Source: Candidatus Obscuribacteraceae bacterium (GTDB lineage: Bacteria; Cyanobacteriota; Vampirovibrionia; Obscuribacterales; Obscuribacteraceae). From it: a stretch of 64,000 bases of DNA. The stretch is taken from the NCBI GenBank assembly GCA_044226015.1, contig JBGAHS010000007.1, positions 128,001 through 192,000 on the forward strand, given 5' to 3'. A model generated the notes under the pieces. It was given only the letters and a program-made list of their open reading frames with translations. It ran no database searches and was not told the origin of the DNA. Shown piece by piece: positions 29,698 through 39,753 of the stretch. The position numbers were made by a program, and so were the translations under genes. Positions within the stretch are counted from its first letter, which is position 1, and each line of letters opens with the position of its first letter.

Positions 29698-30981
29698 ATG
29701 AAAAATATTGACCCTTCCAAACTGGTAGCCGCAGCAGAGGCTGATCTCAGCTCGTGTTTCAAGGACATCGATGAGATAGCTTTGATGAACCAAAAAAAGG
29801 TGCTGGACTCATTCCGGCGCCACAAAATCAGTCCGGAATTTTTTGCCGAACGCACTGGTTACGGAATGGATGACTATTCCCGTGACGTTCTTGATGAAGC
29901 ATTCGCTGATATCTACGGCGCAGAAACTGCGGCTGTTCGAATGCAAATGGTTTCAGGTACACATGCTCTAGCCTGCCTGCTCTTCGGAAATCTCAAATCT
30001 GGAGACCGCCTCACTATTCTGACAGGGCATCCATATGACACTATGGAGAAAGTGATTGGAATTGCCGGCAACGAGAGTGGCTCGCTTAAAGACCTGGGTG
30101 TGAGTTACACCGAAGCTGATTTGATTCCATTCCTTAATGACGATAACGACGATAACGACGAAAACAAACTCGTCAGCGAGCTTAAAACTCTGCTCAGCGC
30201 TGACACCAAAATCGCTTACATACAAAAGTCTCGCGGTTATTCGATTTCTCGACCGACCTTGCTAAACAGCGAAATTGCGAAGCTTTGCAAAGCCATAAAG
30301 CAGGTAAAGCGTGATGCCATCATCATGGTCGATAACTGCTACGGTGAATTGGTCGAGTCTGAAGAGCCGCTTTCTGTTGGTGCAGATATGATAGCGGGTT
30401 CATTTATAAAGAACCCTGGGGGCGGGCTCGCTATATGCGGCGGATATTTTGCCGGCAAAAAATCTTGCGTTGATGCCGCACTAAATAGGCTGACTGCGCC
30501 TGGCATCGGTGGTCATCTGGGATTAAGTTACAACCAAAATCGCCTTCTATTTCAGGGTATTTTTCTCGCGCCACAGGCAGTGGCTAATGCATTGAAAGGC
30601 GCTAATCTGTTCGCTCATGTGTTTTCTTCGCTGGGATTTGAAGTGAATCCTGAGCCTGGTCTGAAAAGAGGTGACATCATTCAGGCTATTAAGTTTAGTA
30701 ACCGAGATAAATTGCTAAATTTCATGAACTCACTTCAGAGCTTCTCTCCTGTTGATGCCCATGTAAAACCAGAGCCAGCGGACATGCCGGGATATGAAGA
30801 TCAGGTCATCATGGCTGGCGGCACATTCATAGAGGGATCTACCATCGAGCTTTCTGGTGACGGCCCGTTACGCCCGCCATTCGTGGCTTACGTGCAGGGT
30901 GGCTTAACGTATATGCACGTAAAAATTGCACTTTTAGGTCTTCTAGAACAGGCTTCTAGTGGTGAAAACACGTTCTTTTAG
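29698..30981 (+). CDS. Methionine gamma-lyase family / aluminium-resistance protein (YnbB-like, PLP-dependent)
   Basis: TGYG, SGTHAL, QKSRGY, VDNCYGE, GSFIKNPGGG and GSTIELS motifs. Confidence 0.9.
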   Translation: MKNIDPSKLVAAAEADLSSCFKDIDEIALMNQKKVLDSFRRHKISPEFFAERTGYGMDDYSRDVLDEAFADIYGAETAAVRMQMVSGTHALACLLFGNLKSGDRLTILTGHPYDTMEKVIGIAGNESGSLKDLGVSYTEADLIPFLNDDNDDNDENKLVSELKTLLSADTKIAYIQKSRGYSISRPTLLNSEIAKLCKAIKQVKRDAIIMVDNCYGELVESEEPLSVGADMIAGSFIKNPGGGLAICGGYFAGKKSCVDAALNRLTAPGIGGHLGLSYNQNRLLFQGIFLAPQAVANALKGANLFAHVFSSLGFEVNPEPGLKRGDIIQAIKFSNRDKLLNFMNSLQSFSPVDAHVKPEPADMPGYEDQVIMAGGTFIEGSTIELSGDGPLRPPFVAYVQGGLTYMHVKIALLGLLEQASSGENTFF

Positions 30982-31201
30982 GCTAAAGAATTGCTTATCG
31001 ATAGTAGAATGCGCGATCTTTTCTCTAGAATTAGATCGCGAATATCAGCGGGCGTGCCGAAGTGTCGAAGCGGGGGCAGCTGTAGCGGCTTAAAGGCCAT
31101 CAACAGTTAGCAAGCTGCAGGGGCGGATATTACCGCTCAATTCACGCAAGTGGGTGGACAAGGCTCCGGATGAGCTTTCAAAATCTATGAGGTAACTGAA
31201 A

Positions 31202-32188
31202 TTGGTAGCGCAAATGCCCCTGAAGCAAAGAATATCGACCGGCGGAAGAACTCCACTGCTCAAAGTGTTCTCCGGAACGGCAAACCCTGAGTTAGCGAAA
31301 GAAGTCGCTGATTATCTTGGAACAGACATTGGTCAGCTAAAAATCACTCCGTTCTCTGATGGAGAAATTTACGTACAGATTCAAGAGAGCGTTCGTGGTG
31401 TTGATTGTTTCCTCATACAATCTACTTGCGCTCCAGTAAACGAAAATTTGATGGAACTTCTGATTCTCCTCGATGCTTTCAAGAGAGCGTCAGCTGGAAG
31501 AATCACTGTCGTAATGCCGTACTTCGGATACGCCAGGCAAGACCGTAAGGCAGCTGGACGTGAAGCTATCACAGCAAAACTGGTGGCAGACTTGCTCACC
31601 ACCGCTGGTGCCAATAGAATCGTCGCTATCGATTTACATGCTCCGCAAATCATGGGCTTCTTCAACATTTTGGTTGATCACTTGTACGCAAGCCCCGTTC
31701 TTCTGGAGTACGTGCGCAGCTTGCCACATAAAGATGTAGTTTTCGTCAGCCCCGACGTTGGTGGTGTGGCTAGAGCGCGTGCTTTCGCTAAGAAGTTCAA
31801 TGATGCGCCGATTGCAATCATCGACAAACGCCGCAGCCAACATAATGTCGCTGAAGTTATGTCAGTAGTAGGTGACGTAAAAGGCAAAGTCGCGATCATG
31901 GTTGACGACCTCGTCGACACTGCTGGCACTCTAGTGAAGGGTGCAGAGTTGCTCAAGAAGGAAGGCGCCAAAGCTATTTATGCTTGTGCTTCACACGCTG
32001 TTCTTTCTGGACCTGCGTTTGAGCGAATTGAAGCTTCGCCAATTGAACAACTCATCGTAACCAATTCTATTCCAGCTGATGGAACAAGATCCTGCGACAA
32101 GATTGTGCAATTGAGCGTAGCCAGATTGCTTGGTGAAGCGATTGCACGTATTCATGAAGACTGCTCTGTCAGTGAGTTGTTTGAGTAA
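31202..32188 (+). CDS. prs: Ribose-phosphate pyrophosphokinase
   Basis: [28 protein letters not shown] and DDLVDTAGT motifs. Confidence 0.97.
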   Translation: MVAQMPLKQRISTGGRTPLLKVFSGTANPELAKEVADYLGTDIGQLKITPFSDGEIYVQIQESVRGVDCFLIQSTCAPVNENLMELLILLDAFKRASAGRITVVMPYFGYARQDRKAAGREAITAKLVADLLTTAGANRIVAIDLHAPQIMGFFNILVDHLYASPVLLEYVRSLPHKDVVFVSPDVGGVARARAFAKKFNDAPIAIIDKRRSQHNVAEVMSVVGDVKGKVAIMVDDLVDTAGTLVKGAELLKKEGAKAIYACASHAVLSGPAFERIEASPIEQLIVTNSIPADGTRSCDKIVQLSVARLLGEAIARIHEDCSVSELFE

Positions 32189-32823
32189 TGCATGTTGCGA
32201 CATTTCCTGTCGGACCATTGCAATGCAATTGCTCAATAATTGCATGCCCTGAAACCAAAGAGTGTGCCATCATCGATCCGGGTGGTGATGCCGACCGCAT
32301 CATCGCAATGTGTGAAAAAGAAGGCTATACCATAAAGTATTTGCTGCACACCCATGCGCACTTCGATCACATCGTTGGTGCTCGTGCCGTCAAAGAAAAA
32401 ACGGGCGCAAAGATTTGCCTGCACAAGGAAGATCAATGGCTTTACGATAACCTCGACAAACAAGGTCGAATGTTTGGCTTTAGCTTCGATACGCCGCTTC
32501 CAATCGATCATTACCTCAACGATGAGGAAGAGCTTGAGATTGGCAAAATCAAGACCAAAGTCATTTACACACCTGGTCACACTCCGGGAAGTACTTGCTT
32601 CTCGCTTGCTGAGAAAGAGAGTGTCGTTTTTGCCGGAGACACATTATTTCAAGGTTCTATCGGGCGAACTGACCTCTGGGGCGGCTCGCATGACAAGATC
32701 ATAAAGTCGATAAAGACGCGGCTCTTTCAGCTAGATGACTCGACAGAAGTCATTACTGGGCATGGGCCGTCAACAACAATTTGGTCGGAACGGCGTGAAA
32801 ATCCTTTCGTTGGCGATTATTGA
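32188..32823 (+). CDS. MBL-fold metallo-hydrolase (glyoxalase II-like)
   Basis: THAHFDH, TPGHTPG, GDTLF and GHG motifs. TAATG overlap with the prs stop. Confidence 0.92.
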   Translation: MHVATFPVGPLQCNCSIIACPETKECAIIDPGGDADRIIAMCEKEGYTIKYLLHTHAHFDHIVGARAVKEKTGAKICLHKEDQWLYDNLDKQGRMFGFSFDTPLPIDHYLNDEEELEIGKIKTKVIYTPGHTPGSTCFSLAEKESVVFAGDTLFQGSIGRTDLWGGSHDKIIKSIKTRLFQLDDSTEVITGHGPSTTIWSERRENPFVGDY

Positions 32824-32930
32824 TTCATTGCACCGCATCAACAAGTTCATTCAAGCTTCTGGATCCTGGGGAAAATGAGGTGGTAATGAAGCGTCTGCTT
32901 GTGTAATATGTAGTCGCCAATTCGGAAGTT

Positions 32931-33875
32931 GTGTACATGAACAAGCTAAGAACTACGAGTTTCATTCTTTTGATGAGCGCTTTGCTGGCGGCTTGCAGCT
33001 CGCCACAGACAAAAGAAACCGCAAGCAAGACTGATTCGGCAGAAACCAAAACAGCGGCAAAAGAGCAGTCTACCGCTGAGCTAATGGCTGAGTTCGCTCA
33101 TGCCGAAACAATGCATGTAGTCAACGGCGACATTCTTGTGAAAGTGAATAGACTGGCGCTGGCGTATGGTGCCCAAGGTCGCTTTAATGAGGCAGAGTCT
33201 TTGTTGAGTCGGGTTGTTAGCCTCTGTCAGCAGCCCGGCGTCAATGAAAAAATGCAGCTTGCCGTTTCACTGAATAATCTTGGTTTGCTCTACATGCGAC
33301 AAAAGAAGTATGGAAAGGCTGAGCCCATACTACAGAGTTCTTTGATGATGGAACAAGATCTTTTCGGTCGAACGAATCCGCGATTTGCAATTAGTGTTGA
33401 TAACATTGCCACTCTGTACTATGAGCAAGCTCGGTACAAAGATGCTTTACCCTTGTACACTCATGCGATGAATATTTATAAAATGCACCCTGAGCAAAAC
33501 CAGGCTGCAATCGCGAAAAGCGTCAATAATATCGCCAGTTGCTACAGTAATTTGAAAGAGATCAAGCTTGCCGCTAAATATTTGCAAGAGGCGCTCGATA
33601 TTGAGGAAAAAATGCCGGTCGTAAACCCGGCGAGTTTGGCTACAGCCTTGAATAATCTTGGGTATATTTATGAGATTCAAGGTGATTTCAAAAAAGCTGA
33701 ACCGTTATTGGCTCGCGGGCTGGAAATGGCAGAGAAGGCTTACGGTGGCGATTCGATCGAGCTAGTTTCTTTTTTGGATAACAACGCCTACCTCATGCGC
33801 AGGACTAAACGCGCGAGCGACGCTGATAAGCTCAAGAAACGCGCAACTCAAATTCTACTTGCAAATAATCGCTAA
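32931..33875 (+). CDS. TPR lipoprotein (kinesin-light-chain-type TPRs)
   Basis: Lipobox LAAC and repeated SLNNLG/NNIA TPR motifs. Confidence 0.85.
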   Translation: MYMNKLRTTSFILLMSALLAACSSPQTKETASKTDSAETKTAAKEQSTAELMAEFAHAETMHVVNGDILVKVNRLALAYGAQGRFNEAESLLSRVVSLCQQPGVNEKMQLAVSLNNLGLLYMRQKKYGKAEPILQSSLMMEQDLFGRTNPRFAISVDNIATLYYEQARYKDALPLYTHAMNIYKMHPEQNQAAIAKSVNNIASCYSNLKEIKLAAKYLQEALDIEEKMPVVNPASLATALNNLGYIYEIQGDFKKAEPLLARGLEMAEKAYGGDSIELVSFLDNNAYLMRRTKRASDADKLKKRATQILLANNR

Positions 33876-33898
33876 TCGAACTTGCAATCAAACAATCG

Positions 33899-36800
33899 CT
33901 ACTTTTGCTTTTTCTCCAGTGATGGAAAAGTATAATCAGCTGCGCTGCTAACTAAAATTGATTGGTCTTTCCGGTACTCTTCGAGAATCTCCTGGCGTCT
34001 TTCAGTCCAGCCGCCAGCGCCGAGTGCAGCCCCTGTTAGTGCTGCAAGTCCTATTCTGCGAATATTCTCGTTTGCGCTGGTTCTGAGAGCTAATTCCAAT
34101 TGCTCAATATCTGTCGATGCGCGAGACCTGCATGATTCCAGTGTATCGATGGCTGCTTTCATGCAGCCATAGTGAAGCAGTCTTGCTTCCTCAAGATTGC
34201 TTATGAGCTGTACTGTTTCTTCAGGAGGGAGAATTGTTATGCTCAGCTTCAAACGGAATTGGCTCAGTTTCGGGTTTTGCGCCAGCACGTTTGAAATATT
34301 GCGCACATCTTCCATTCGCGAATCTCTCATCCAGGAAAATGAGAGCAGAACTTTGTCTGTGAAAATGCGCAGGTTTCGCGGCTTGTCCAGAATGGCTGAT
34401 GTGCTTTGAGCCAGGACCTCAGGTTGCTTGCCCGCATAAACGCAAAATAGCGCCCAGCTAGCTTGGTCAACTTCGGCTTCAGTTTCCGACGACAGGCATT
34501 TTGTCAGAGCATCTTTTAAGAGTTGTTCTTTATCAGAGCTTAGATTGGCTGTCACCATCTGTAGTGCTTTGATTCTGGTGCTTGCAGAATCGTTTTTTAA
34601 TGCTTGATTGTAAATCTTCATCAGCTCTCGCTTTTCCGGTTTGCTCAGCTCAAGCATAGGAAATCGCAGCGCAATTTCCGCGAAAGCGGAATTGCCACTC
34701 TCCAGTGATTTGCGCAGCACTTGCCAGGTTTGCGGTTTTGAGGGGTAATTCCAGAGTGCTCTTAAAATTGCTGCTCTAACGTCTTTATGCAACTCTCCTT
34801 GCTCTAATGTCATCAACCACTCAAAGGCATCGTCAGCTTTTGTGTCTGCGGCAAGTCTTACAATTTCTTTGAATACTGTGACCTTGCCCTGTGGCACGGA
34901 TTTTAGAATTTCCAACGCCCTGGCAGAGTCCATCTTCAGTAATGCGTCGCGCATTGCATATATTGCATAACGTGCACGCTCATCGTTAAGCATTGAGACA
35001 AGAAGCGGCAATGAGTCTGCTGTGTCAGCCTTAGCAAGCCATAAAATCGTTGTGCTTCTAAGTGCTTCATCCTTGTTTTCTAACGAACAGACTTTGCTAA
35101 AAAACTGAAAGTTCGGGTCTGGCATTTTTGTAAGGCGCAGCACAGCGGTTGTTCTTTCCACATGTGATGAGGTTTCCGCTTCTGCGAGCCCAACAAGTTG
35201 CTCTGAATAAATTGCTAGCTGTTTTCTCGTCCAGCGGTAGAATCCAGAATCGAAGTAAGGGATGTAGCGAGTTTTGCCTGTTCCAAACCTGCCCTTAAAC
35301 GCATTCTGTCCAAGATACGGAGTCAACAGACTCTGTTTCTTTCGATTTAAGAAATTTGACACCTCGAAGTTATGAGACCAGGACTGGTCACTGCTAAGCA
35401 GTTCTGGAACCAGCGCGGCGAAACGCCTTCTATCAAGCCGGCGAAGAATACTTAAAGCTGTACTAGAATTTTCTGCGTACCTGGCATTTCTTGCAAGTTT
35501 GCAAAGCCCTTCAGAAACAACTGTACCTTTTAGTCTTTTCTCAAGCCATGATGCAAAAGTGTTGATGTATGCCTCGCTTTCTTTCGCTTGCCAATGTTGC
35601 ATTAGTGCTGAAATGTCTGCGGAGAAAGTTTGAAGGTCCTCCTCTTGCAGGAAAAGTGCATTGTCGGTAATAAGCCGTGGGTGCCTATCTTTGAGCAGCT
35701 TGCAAATGTGAGCAAAAGCCCATTTCTTATGGAAGGGAAAAATTCTTGAAAGTAATTTGCCCAAGTAGAACAAGCTGCTGTTTGATAAATCTGGAGCCGC
35801 CAGGGCATCGCTGATTATTGCGTCGACCAAACTGAGTGTTGGCTCGACAAACATTGATGGTGGTAGGGAGGAAAGTGCTGCAGTAAAAGCCAGCCTTACG
35901 GGATCTGCCTCGTTTTTCTTTTGGTGTAATCGTTCGAGTGTATCGCTCAAATATTCTCTGTTATATCTCAGCGAAGACACCATGGCTGTGTATGCCAGGG
36001 CTCTGCTCTCTGGTTCAGGACTATTGATTAATTGCTTGGTCTCTTCGAGAACTGATTCCCAGTCGAGAAAACGCACGTAATTCATTTTTTGAGGCAGTTT
36101 GCTTTGAAGATTGGGAAGAGCCAAAATCTCTTTAGCAGCTTTCATGCGATGTGCCTGAGGTAGGAATTCTATTACGCTTGCATTTATACAACCATCTGCA
36201 TCACGCCAACCGTCAGCACACTTCTCAAATAACTTGACTCGTAATTCAGGAGATAATTTCTTGAATTTATTTGTGGCTTCGCTCTCAAATCTCTTTATTT
36301 TGACGCATTCCAAAACCTGTTCGTCACTCAATTTTGCAAAGGCTGAACTGATATTGCAGTTGCCATAATCTTGCTGCATGGCGAGCAATTTTACCATCTG
36401 TCTCGGGAACTGTTTGAGCAAATGTGAGTAGGGTAACTTCGTGGCGATGTAGAGCCGAAGCAGTGATTCGAACAAGTTCAGCACTTTGGCTTTTTCAAAC
36501 TCGACAAGGTTTTTTAATGCACCTCGGACCAGCGCCAGTAAGTCTAAATCATCTGCTTCTGCCTTTGATGCGAGTTCAGTCAAGACGCTCAGGCAAAGCC
36601 GTGGATGTTGGTATGAAAAGCGACTTGCATCTTGCTCAGTCATGCGTTCGACCAGAGATTGCATTCTTGCACTCACAAAAGACTCGCTACCAAAGTAGGC
36701 AAGCCTTGCTAAGTCTCTGGAATTCTCTTCCTCCAACTTGAGTAAAAACGAATCAATCAATTCTATTCTTTTACTTTTGTTCAAACGTTTTAGCAGTTTT

Positions 36801-37204
36801 CTCCGCTCTCTAAGTTTGAGGTTCATTAGAATCGTAAGAAGGTGTTCGTCGTTGCAATTTTTTGCAGCGAATATCATTGCCATGTTGCGCAATAATGCAG
36901 ACTCATCCTGCGTCATGCGGAAAATCAGCTCATTGTTTTTGCAAGCGTCTGCCGCGAATATAGCGAGGTGTCTTTCGTAGAAGCTTGCTTTGGAAAGTTC
37001 TTCCAAAATAGCATTTGCATGCTCTTTTCCTTCTGCGCATTCTCGTCCGAGTTTCTGTGCCTGCTTAATTCTCTCGGGGTAGTCTAGGTGCTCTAAAGTT
37101 TCGAGATAGCTTCGTGTCTTGTCAGAGCTTTCCTTTTGCTGAGCTTTGTCAGGCTTACCGAAAATGTTCTTGAACATTTTGAGGGGATCAAATTCTTCTG
37201 GCAC
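33899..37204 (-). CDS. Large all-helical (HEAT/ARM-like) hypothetical protein, 1101 aa
   Basis: Long Leu/Ala-rich ORF with HEAT-like segments such as LHKDVRAAILRAL and STRIKALQMV. Confidence 0.7.
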   Translation of the reverse strand: MPEEFDPLKMFKNIFGKPDKAQQKESSDKTRSYLETLEHLDYPERIKQAQKLGRECAEGKEHANAILEELSKASFYERHLAIFAADACKNNELIFRMTQDESALLRNMAMIFAAKNCNDEHLLTILMNLKLRERRKLLKRLNKSKRIELIDSFLLKLEEENSRDLARLAYFGSESFVSARMQSLVERMTEQDASRFSYQHPRLCLSVLTELASKAEADDLDLLALVRGALKNLVEFEKAKVLNLFESLLRLYIATKLPYSHLLKQFPRQMVKLLAMQQDYGNCNISSAFAKLSDEQVLECVKIKRFESEATNKFKKLSPELRVKLFEKCADGWRDADGCINASVIEFLPQAHRMKAAKEILALPNLQSKLPQKMNYVRFLDWESVLEETKQLINSPEPESRALAYTAMVSSLRYNREYLSDTLERLHQKKNEADPVRLAFTAALSSLPPSMFVEPTLSLVDAIISDALAAPDLSNSSLFYLGKLLSRIFPFHKKWAFAHICKLLKDRHPRLITDNALFLQEEDLQTFSADISALMQHWQAKESEAYINTFASWLEKRLKGTVVSEGLCKLARNARYAENSSTALSILRRLDRRRFAALVPELLSSDQSWSHNFEVSNFLNRKKQSLLTPYLGQNAFKGRFGTGKTRYIPYFDSGFYRWTRKQLAIYSEQLVGLAEAETSSHVERTTAVLRLTKMPDPNFQFFSKVCSLENKDEALRSTTILWLAKADTADSLPLLVSMLNDERARYAIYAMRDALLKMDSARALEILKSVPQGKVTVFKEIVRLAADTKADDAFEWLMTLEQGELHKDVRAAILRALWNYPSKPQTWQVLRKSLESGNSAFAEIALRFPMLELSKPEKRELMKIYNQALKNDSASTRIKALQMVTANLSSDKEQLLKDALTKCLSSETEAEVDQASWALFCVYAGKQPEVLAQSTSAILDKPRNLRIFTDKVLLSFSWMRDSRMEDVRNISNVLAQNPKLSQFRLKLSITILPPEETVQLISNLEEARLLHYGCMKAAIDTLESCRSRASTDIEQLELALRTSANENIRRIGLAALTGAALGAGGWTERRQEILEEYRKDQSILVSSAADYTFPSLEKKQK

Positions 37205-37294
37205 CGTTTCTCCTTTCGCCCTTTTAATTTTGTCGCTGACAAGTGTGAAGACCTGAGAGCAGATATACTATACATACCAACGGAGGGGGCAACC

Positions 37295-37807
37295 ATAATT
37301 AGAACTTTTGCCAGGCTTGTTTTATTTTTGCTTCCTCTCTTGTTTTTGAATGCTTGCGGGCAGGACACAGAGTCGCAGAGTAAGGCGACTATGCGCAACG
37401 TAATAACTGTGGAGGACTGGGTTAATTCTTTTCAGATGAAACGGAAAGCCGAAACTGAAGGGGAAGAACTGAATGGGCAACCCGAGAAGCATTTTTTTCC
37501 AAGACTTATTGATTTGCAGAAAATGCTGGTAGAAGGAAAGACCGGTCCAGATGCGCAGGTGTCACCGCTTATCAATGCGGTCTCTGGAAGGGCTGAATGG
37601 CCAGTGGAAGAGGCTCGCCCGCTTAATAATTATGGAACTTTGATGACCGATAGAGTCTCTGTCATCGGTAAAGGCAAAGTGCAATTCATTCCTTTCGTGG
37701 ACGGCTACGATGTGGTCTCTGGCTACATTATTCGGGCTGGTGACCCTGCCACAGGCAAGGTGCTGTGTTCTCCTGATGGAACGCCATTCATTCGTTCAAG
37801 CCCATAA
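37295..37807 (+). CDS. Putative lipoprotein (start uncertain; ORF open from 37136)
   Basis: Signal-like RTFARLVLFLLPLLFLNAC with lipobox; GGAGG at 37282-37286. Confidence 0.6.
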   Translation: MIRTFARLVLFLLPLLFLNACGQDTESQSKATMRNVITVEDWVNSFQMKRKAETEGEELNGQPEKHFFPRLIDLQKMLVEGKTGPDAQVSPLINAVSGRAEWPVEEARPLNNYGTLMTDRVSVIGKGKVQFIPFVDGYDVVSGYIIRAGDPATGKVLCSPDGTPFIRSSP

Positions 37808-37818
37808 TTGACAGCACA

Positions 37819-38204
37819 GGTCATTCAGGCTTACGAGGATCCTTTAAGCTCAAGGGGATCCTTCAAGCTCATGGGGATGATTCAAGCTCAAGGGGATCCT
37901 TCAAGCTCATGGGGATGATTCAAGCTCAAGGGGATCCTTCAAGCTCATGGGGATGATTCAAGCTCAAGGGGATCATTCAAGCTCATAGGGATCATTCAAG
38001 CTCATAGGGATCATTCAAGCTCATGGGGAGCATTCAAGCTCATGGGGATCATTCAAGCTCATGGGGAGCATTCAAGCTCATGAGGATCCTTCGAGTCCAC
38101 ACGGATCCTTCGAGTCCACACGGATCCTTCGAGTCCATGAGGATCCTTCCAGATGCTTCGAGTCCACGAGGGTAGTTTGAGCCCATGAGGATCCTTCGAG
38201 CCCC
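37819..38204. repeat. 19-bp tandem array, about 20 units (GGATCMTTCAAGCTCAWGG, drifting to GGATCCTTCGAGTCCACAC)
   Basis: Exact 19-nt period from 37837 to 38140, one 10-nt partial unit, then degenerate units. Lies between convergent genes. Confidence 0.95.
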
Positions 38205-38207
38205 GCG

Positions 38208-39746
38208 CTATTGAGTTTTTGCTGGTGCTTTGCCGCCATTAGCTAGCGAGAGGAACTTAGGCGTGAACTCAACTTTGACAGCTTTCTTCTGGTCTTCGAT
38301 CCACTTCAGAAGAAGCTGCTGACCACTGGCTGATTTGCCGAGTTCAGCTAGTTTTCCCTTCACGTCATTGTATTTGTATGTTCCTGCGGCATCTTTGCCG
38401 GTAACTTTGTAGATGTTATAACCAAGTTCTGATTTGACGGCTTGCTGAAGAACCTGCCCTGGTTTCAGTTTCCAGACAACGTCAGCAAGCTGAGGAATGA
38501 TGTCTTTCTTCTCGACGAAGCCCATGTCGCCGCCATTTTTCTTCTGTTTTGTCAGAGGGTCATCTGAATTTTCGTTTGCAAGTTTTGCAAAATCAGAGCC
38601 GCCTTTAGCCTGTCCGAGAACCAGCATAACCTTTTGTTTGGCTTGCTCGATAAAGTTATTTGCTGCAGTTTCAGCTTCCTTGTCTGTTAGTTTAGGATTC
38701 GCTTTTGCAATCTGAGTCTTGACGCTTTGAATTGGTCCGATATCTTTTTCCGGACACATGATCAAAATGGTGCTTAGCCTTATTCTCTCGCCATGCTTCA
38801 GCTGTTCTTTGTTTGCTTCATAGAGCTTTTTCGTTTCGGCATCGCTTATTTTTGCTTTGGCAGCAATCTTTGCAATCTGCTCTTTTGCAAGTTCTGCGGT
38901 GACCATTTCCTTCTTCAAAGATTCATCGTCGAGATTTGTTTGCTTCTTTAACTCGTCCCACATTTTTGAGTGTTTCATTGCCAGAAACTTATTCATGGCT
39001 TCTTTCTCGCCGCCATCTTTCTTGGCTGCCATAGCCAGAAGTTGTCTGTTTACCAGTTCTGGTAATAATGTGGATTCGATTACAGCATTTGATGTTTTGA
39101 AGGCTAAGCCTGTCAGGATTATTTCTTCGTTGAATTGCTGCTCTGTGGAATGAGATTGCTTCAAGAAGTCCTGGAAAGCCTTTTCATCCATTCCGCGCTG
39201 TGTCTTTGCCGTCTCAAGCAGTTTCTTCTTCTCTTCATCGGTTAGGCTAATGCTTCTGACCATCGCTTCTTTCAGAAGTCGAGCTTTGGCTCCTGGGTCT
39301 GCAACAATTGCTTGATTTGCCTGAAGCTGCTGAATTCGCAGCATACGCTTATAATCGCCGATGGTGATTTGTTCACCGCCCACGGTGCAAATTGCGACAT
39401 TGTCTGGTAGATCATTCAGATTGATGTTTATCTTGCTGCCATCTGCTGGGCTCGCTGGCTTCGCTGCAAGAGCCTTGCTGTCTGTGCTGCTGCTGGAACT
39501 GTCTGTGCTTGTTGTCGTGCTTGGCGCCGAGGTATCAGTTGAAGTCGCGGTGCTTGTTGAAGTGCTTGTTTCGGTGGCAGTAGCTGAACTGGTGGATGTA
39601 CTTGTTTCAGTGCTTGTGCTGGTGCTGGTCTCAGTCTTCTTTGTCTCGCTTGAGCTATTCTCTGATTTTTGCCCACATGCTGATATGAACATAATTGTGG
39701 AAATCAAAACGCATGCCTGGGCCGAGCTGATGAATTTCAAGACCAT
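38208..39746 (-). CDS. Parvulin-type peptidyl-prolyl isomerase / foldase lipoprotein (PrsA/SurA-like)
   Basis: Lipobox ISAC, Ser/Thr linker, and FAKLANENSDD...GGDMGF...SELGYNI PPIC motif; directly downstream of mfd. Confidence 0.85.
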   Translation of the reverse strand: MVLKFISSAQACVLISTIMFISACGQKSENSSSETKKTETSTSTSTETSTSTSSATATETSTSTSTATSTDTSAPSTTTSTDSSSSSTDSKALAAKPASPADGSKININLNDLPDNVAICTVGGEQITIGDYKRMLRIQQLQANQAIVADPGAKARLLKEAMVRSISLTDEEKKKLLETAKTQRGMDEKAFQDFLKQSHSTEQQFNEEIILTGLAFKTSNAVIESTLLPELVNRQLLAMAAKKDGGEKEAMNKFLAMKHSKMWDELKKQTNLDDESLKKEMVTAELAKEQIAKIAAKAKISDAETKKLYEANKEQLKHGERIRLSTILIMCPEKDIGPIQSVKTQIAKANPKLTDKEAETAANNFIEQAKQKVMLVLGQAKGGSDFAKLANENSDDPLTKQKKNGGDMGFVEKKDIIPQLADVVWKLKPGQVLQQAVKSELGYNIYKVTGKDAAGTYKYNDVKGKLAELGKSASGQQLLLKWIEDQKKAVKVEFTPKFLSLANGGKAPAKTQ

Positions 39747-39753
39747 TCTCCTG

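Noticed and set aside
31040..31190. tRNA-Gln upstream of prs, common in other bacteria
   Set aside because: No TTCGA T-loop, cloverleaf or CCA end is found.
37819..38204. CRISPR array
   Set aside because: Units are contiguous 19-mers with no unique spacers, and there are no cas genes in the window.
39480..39640. Ser/Thr codon repeats as a DNA repeat element
   Set aside because: They are explained by the low-complexity lipoprotein linker of the PPIase.
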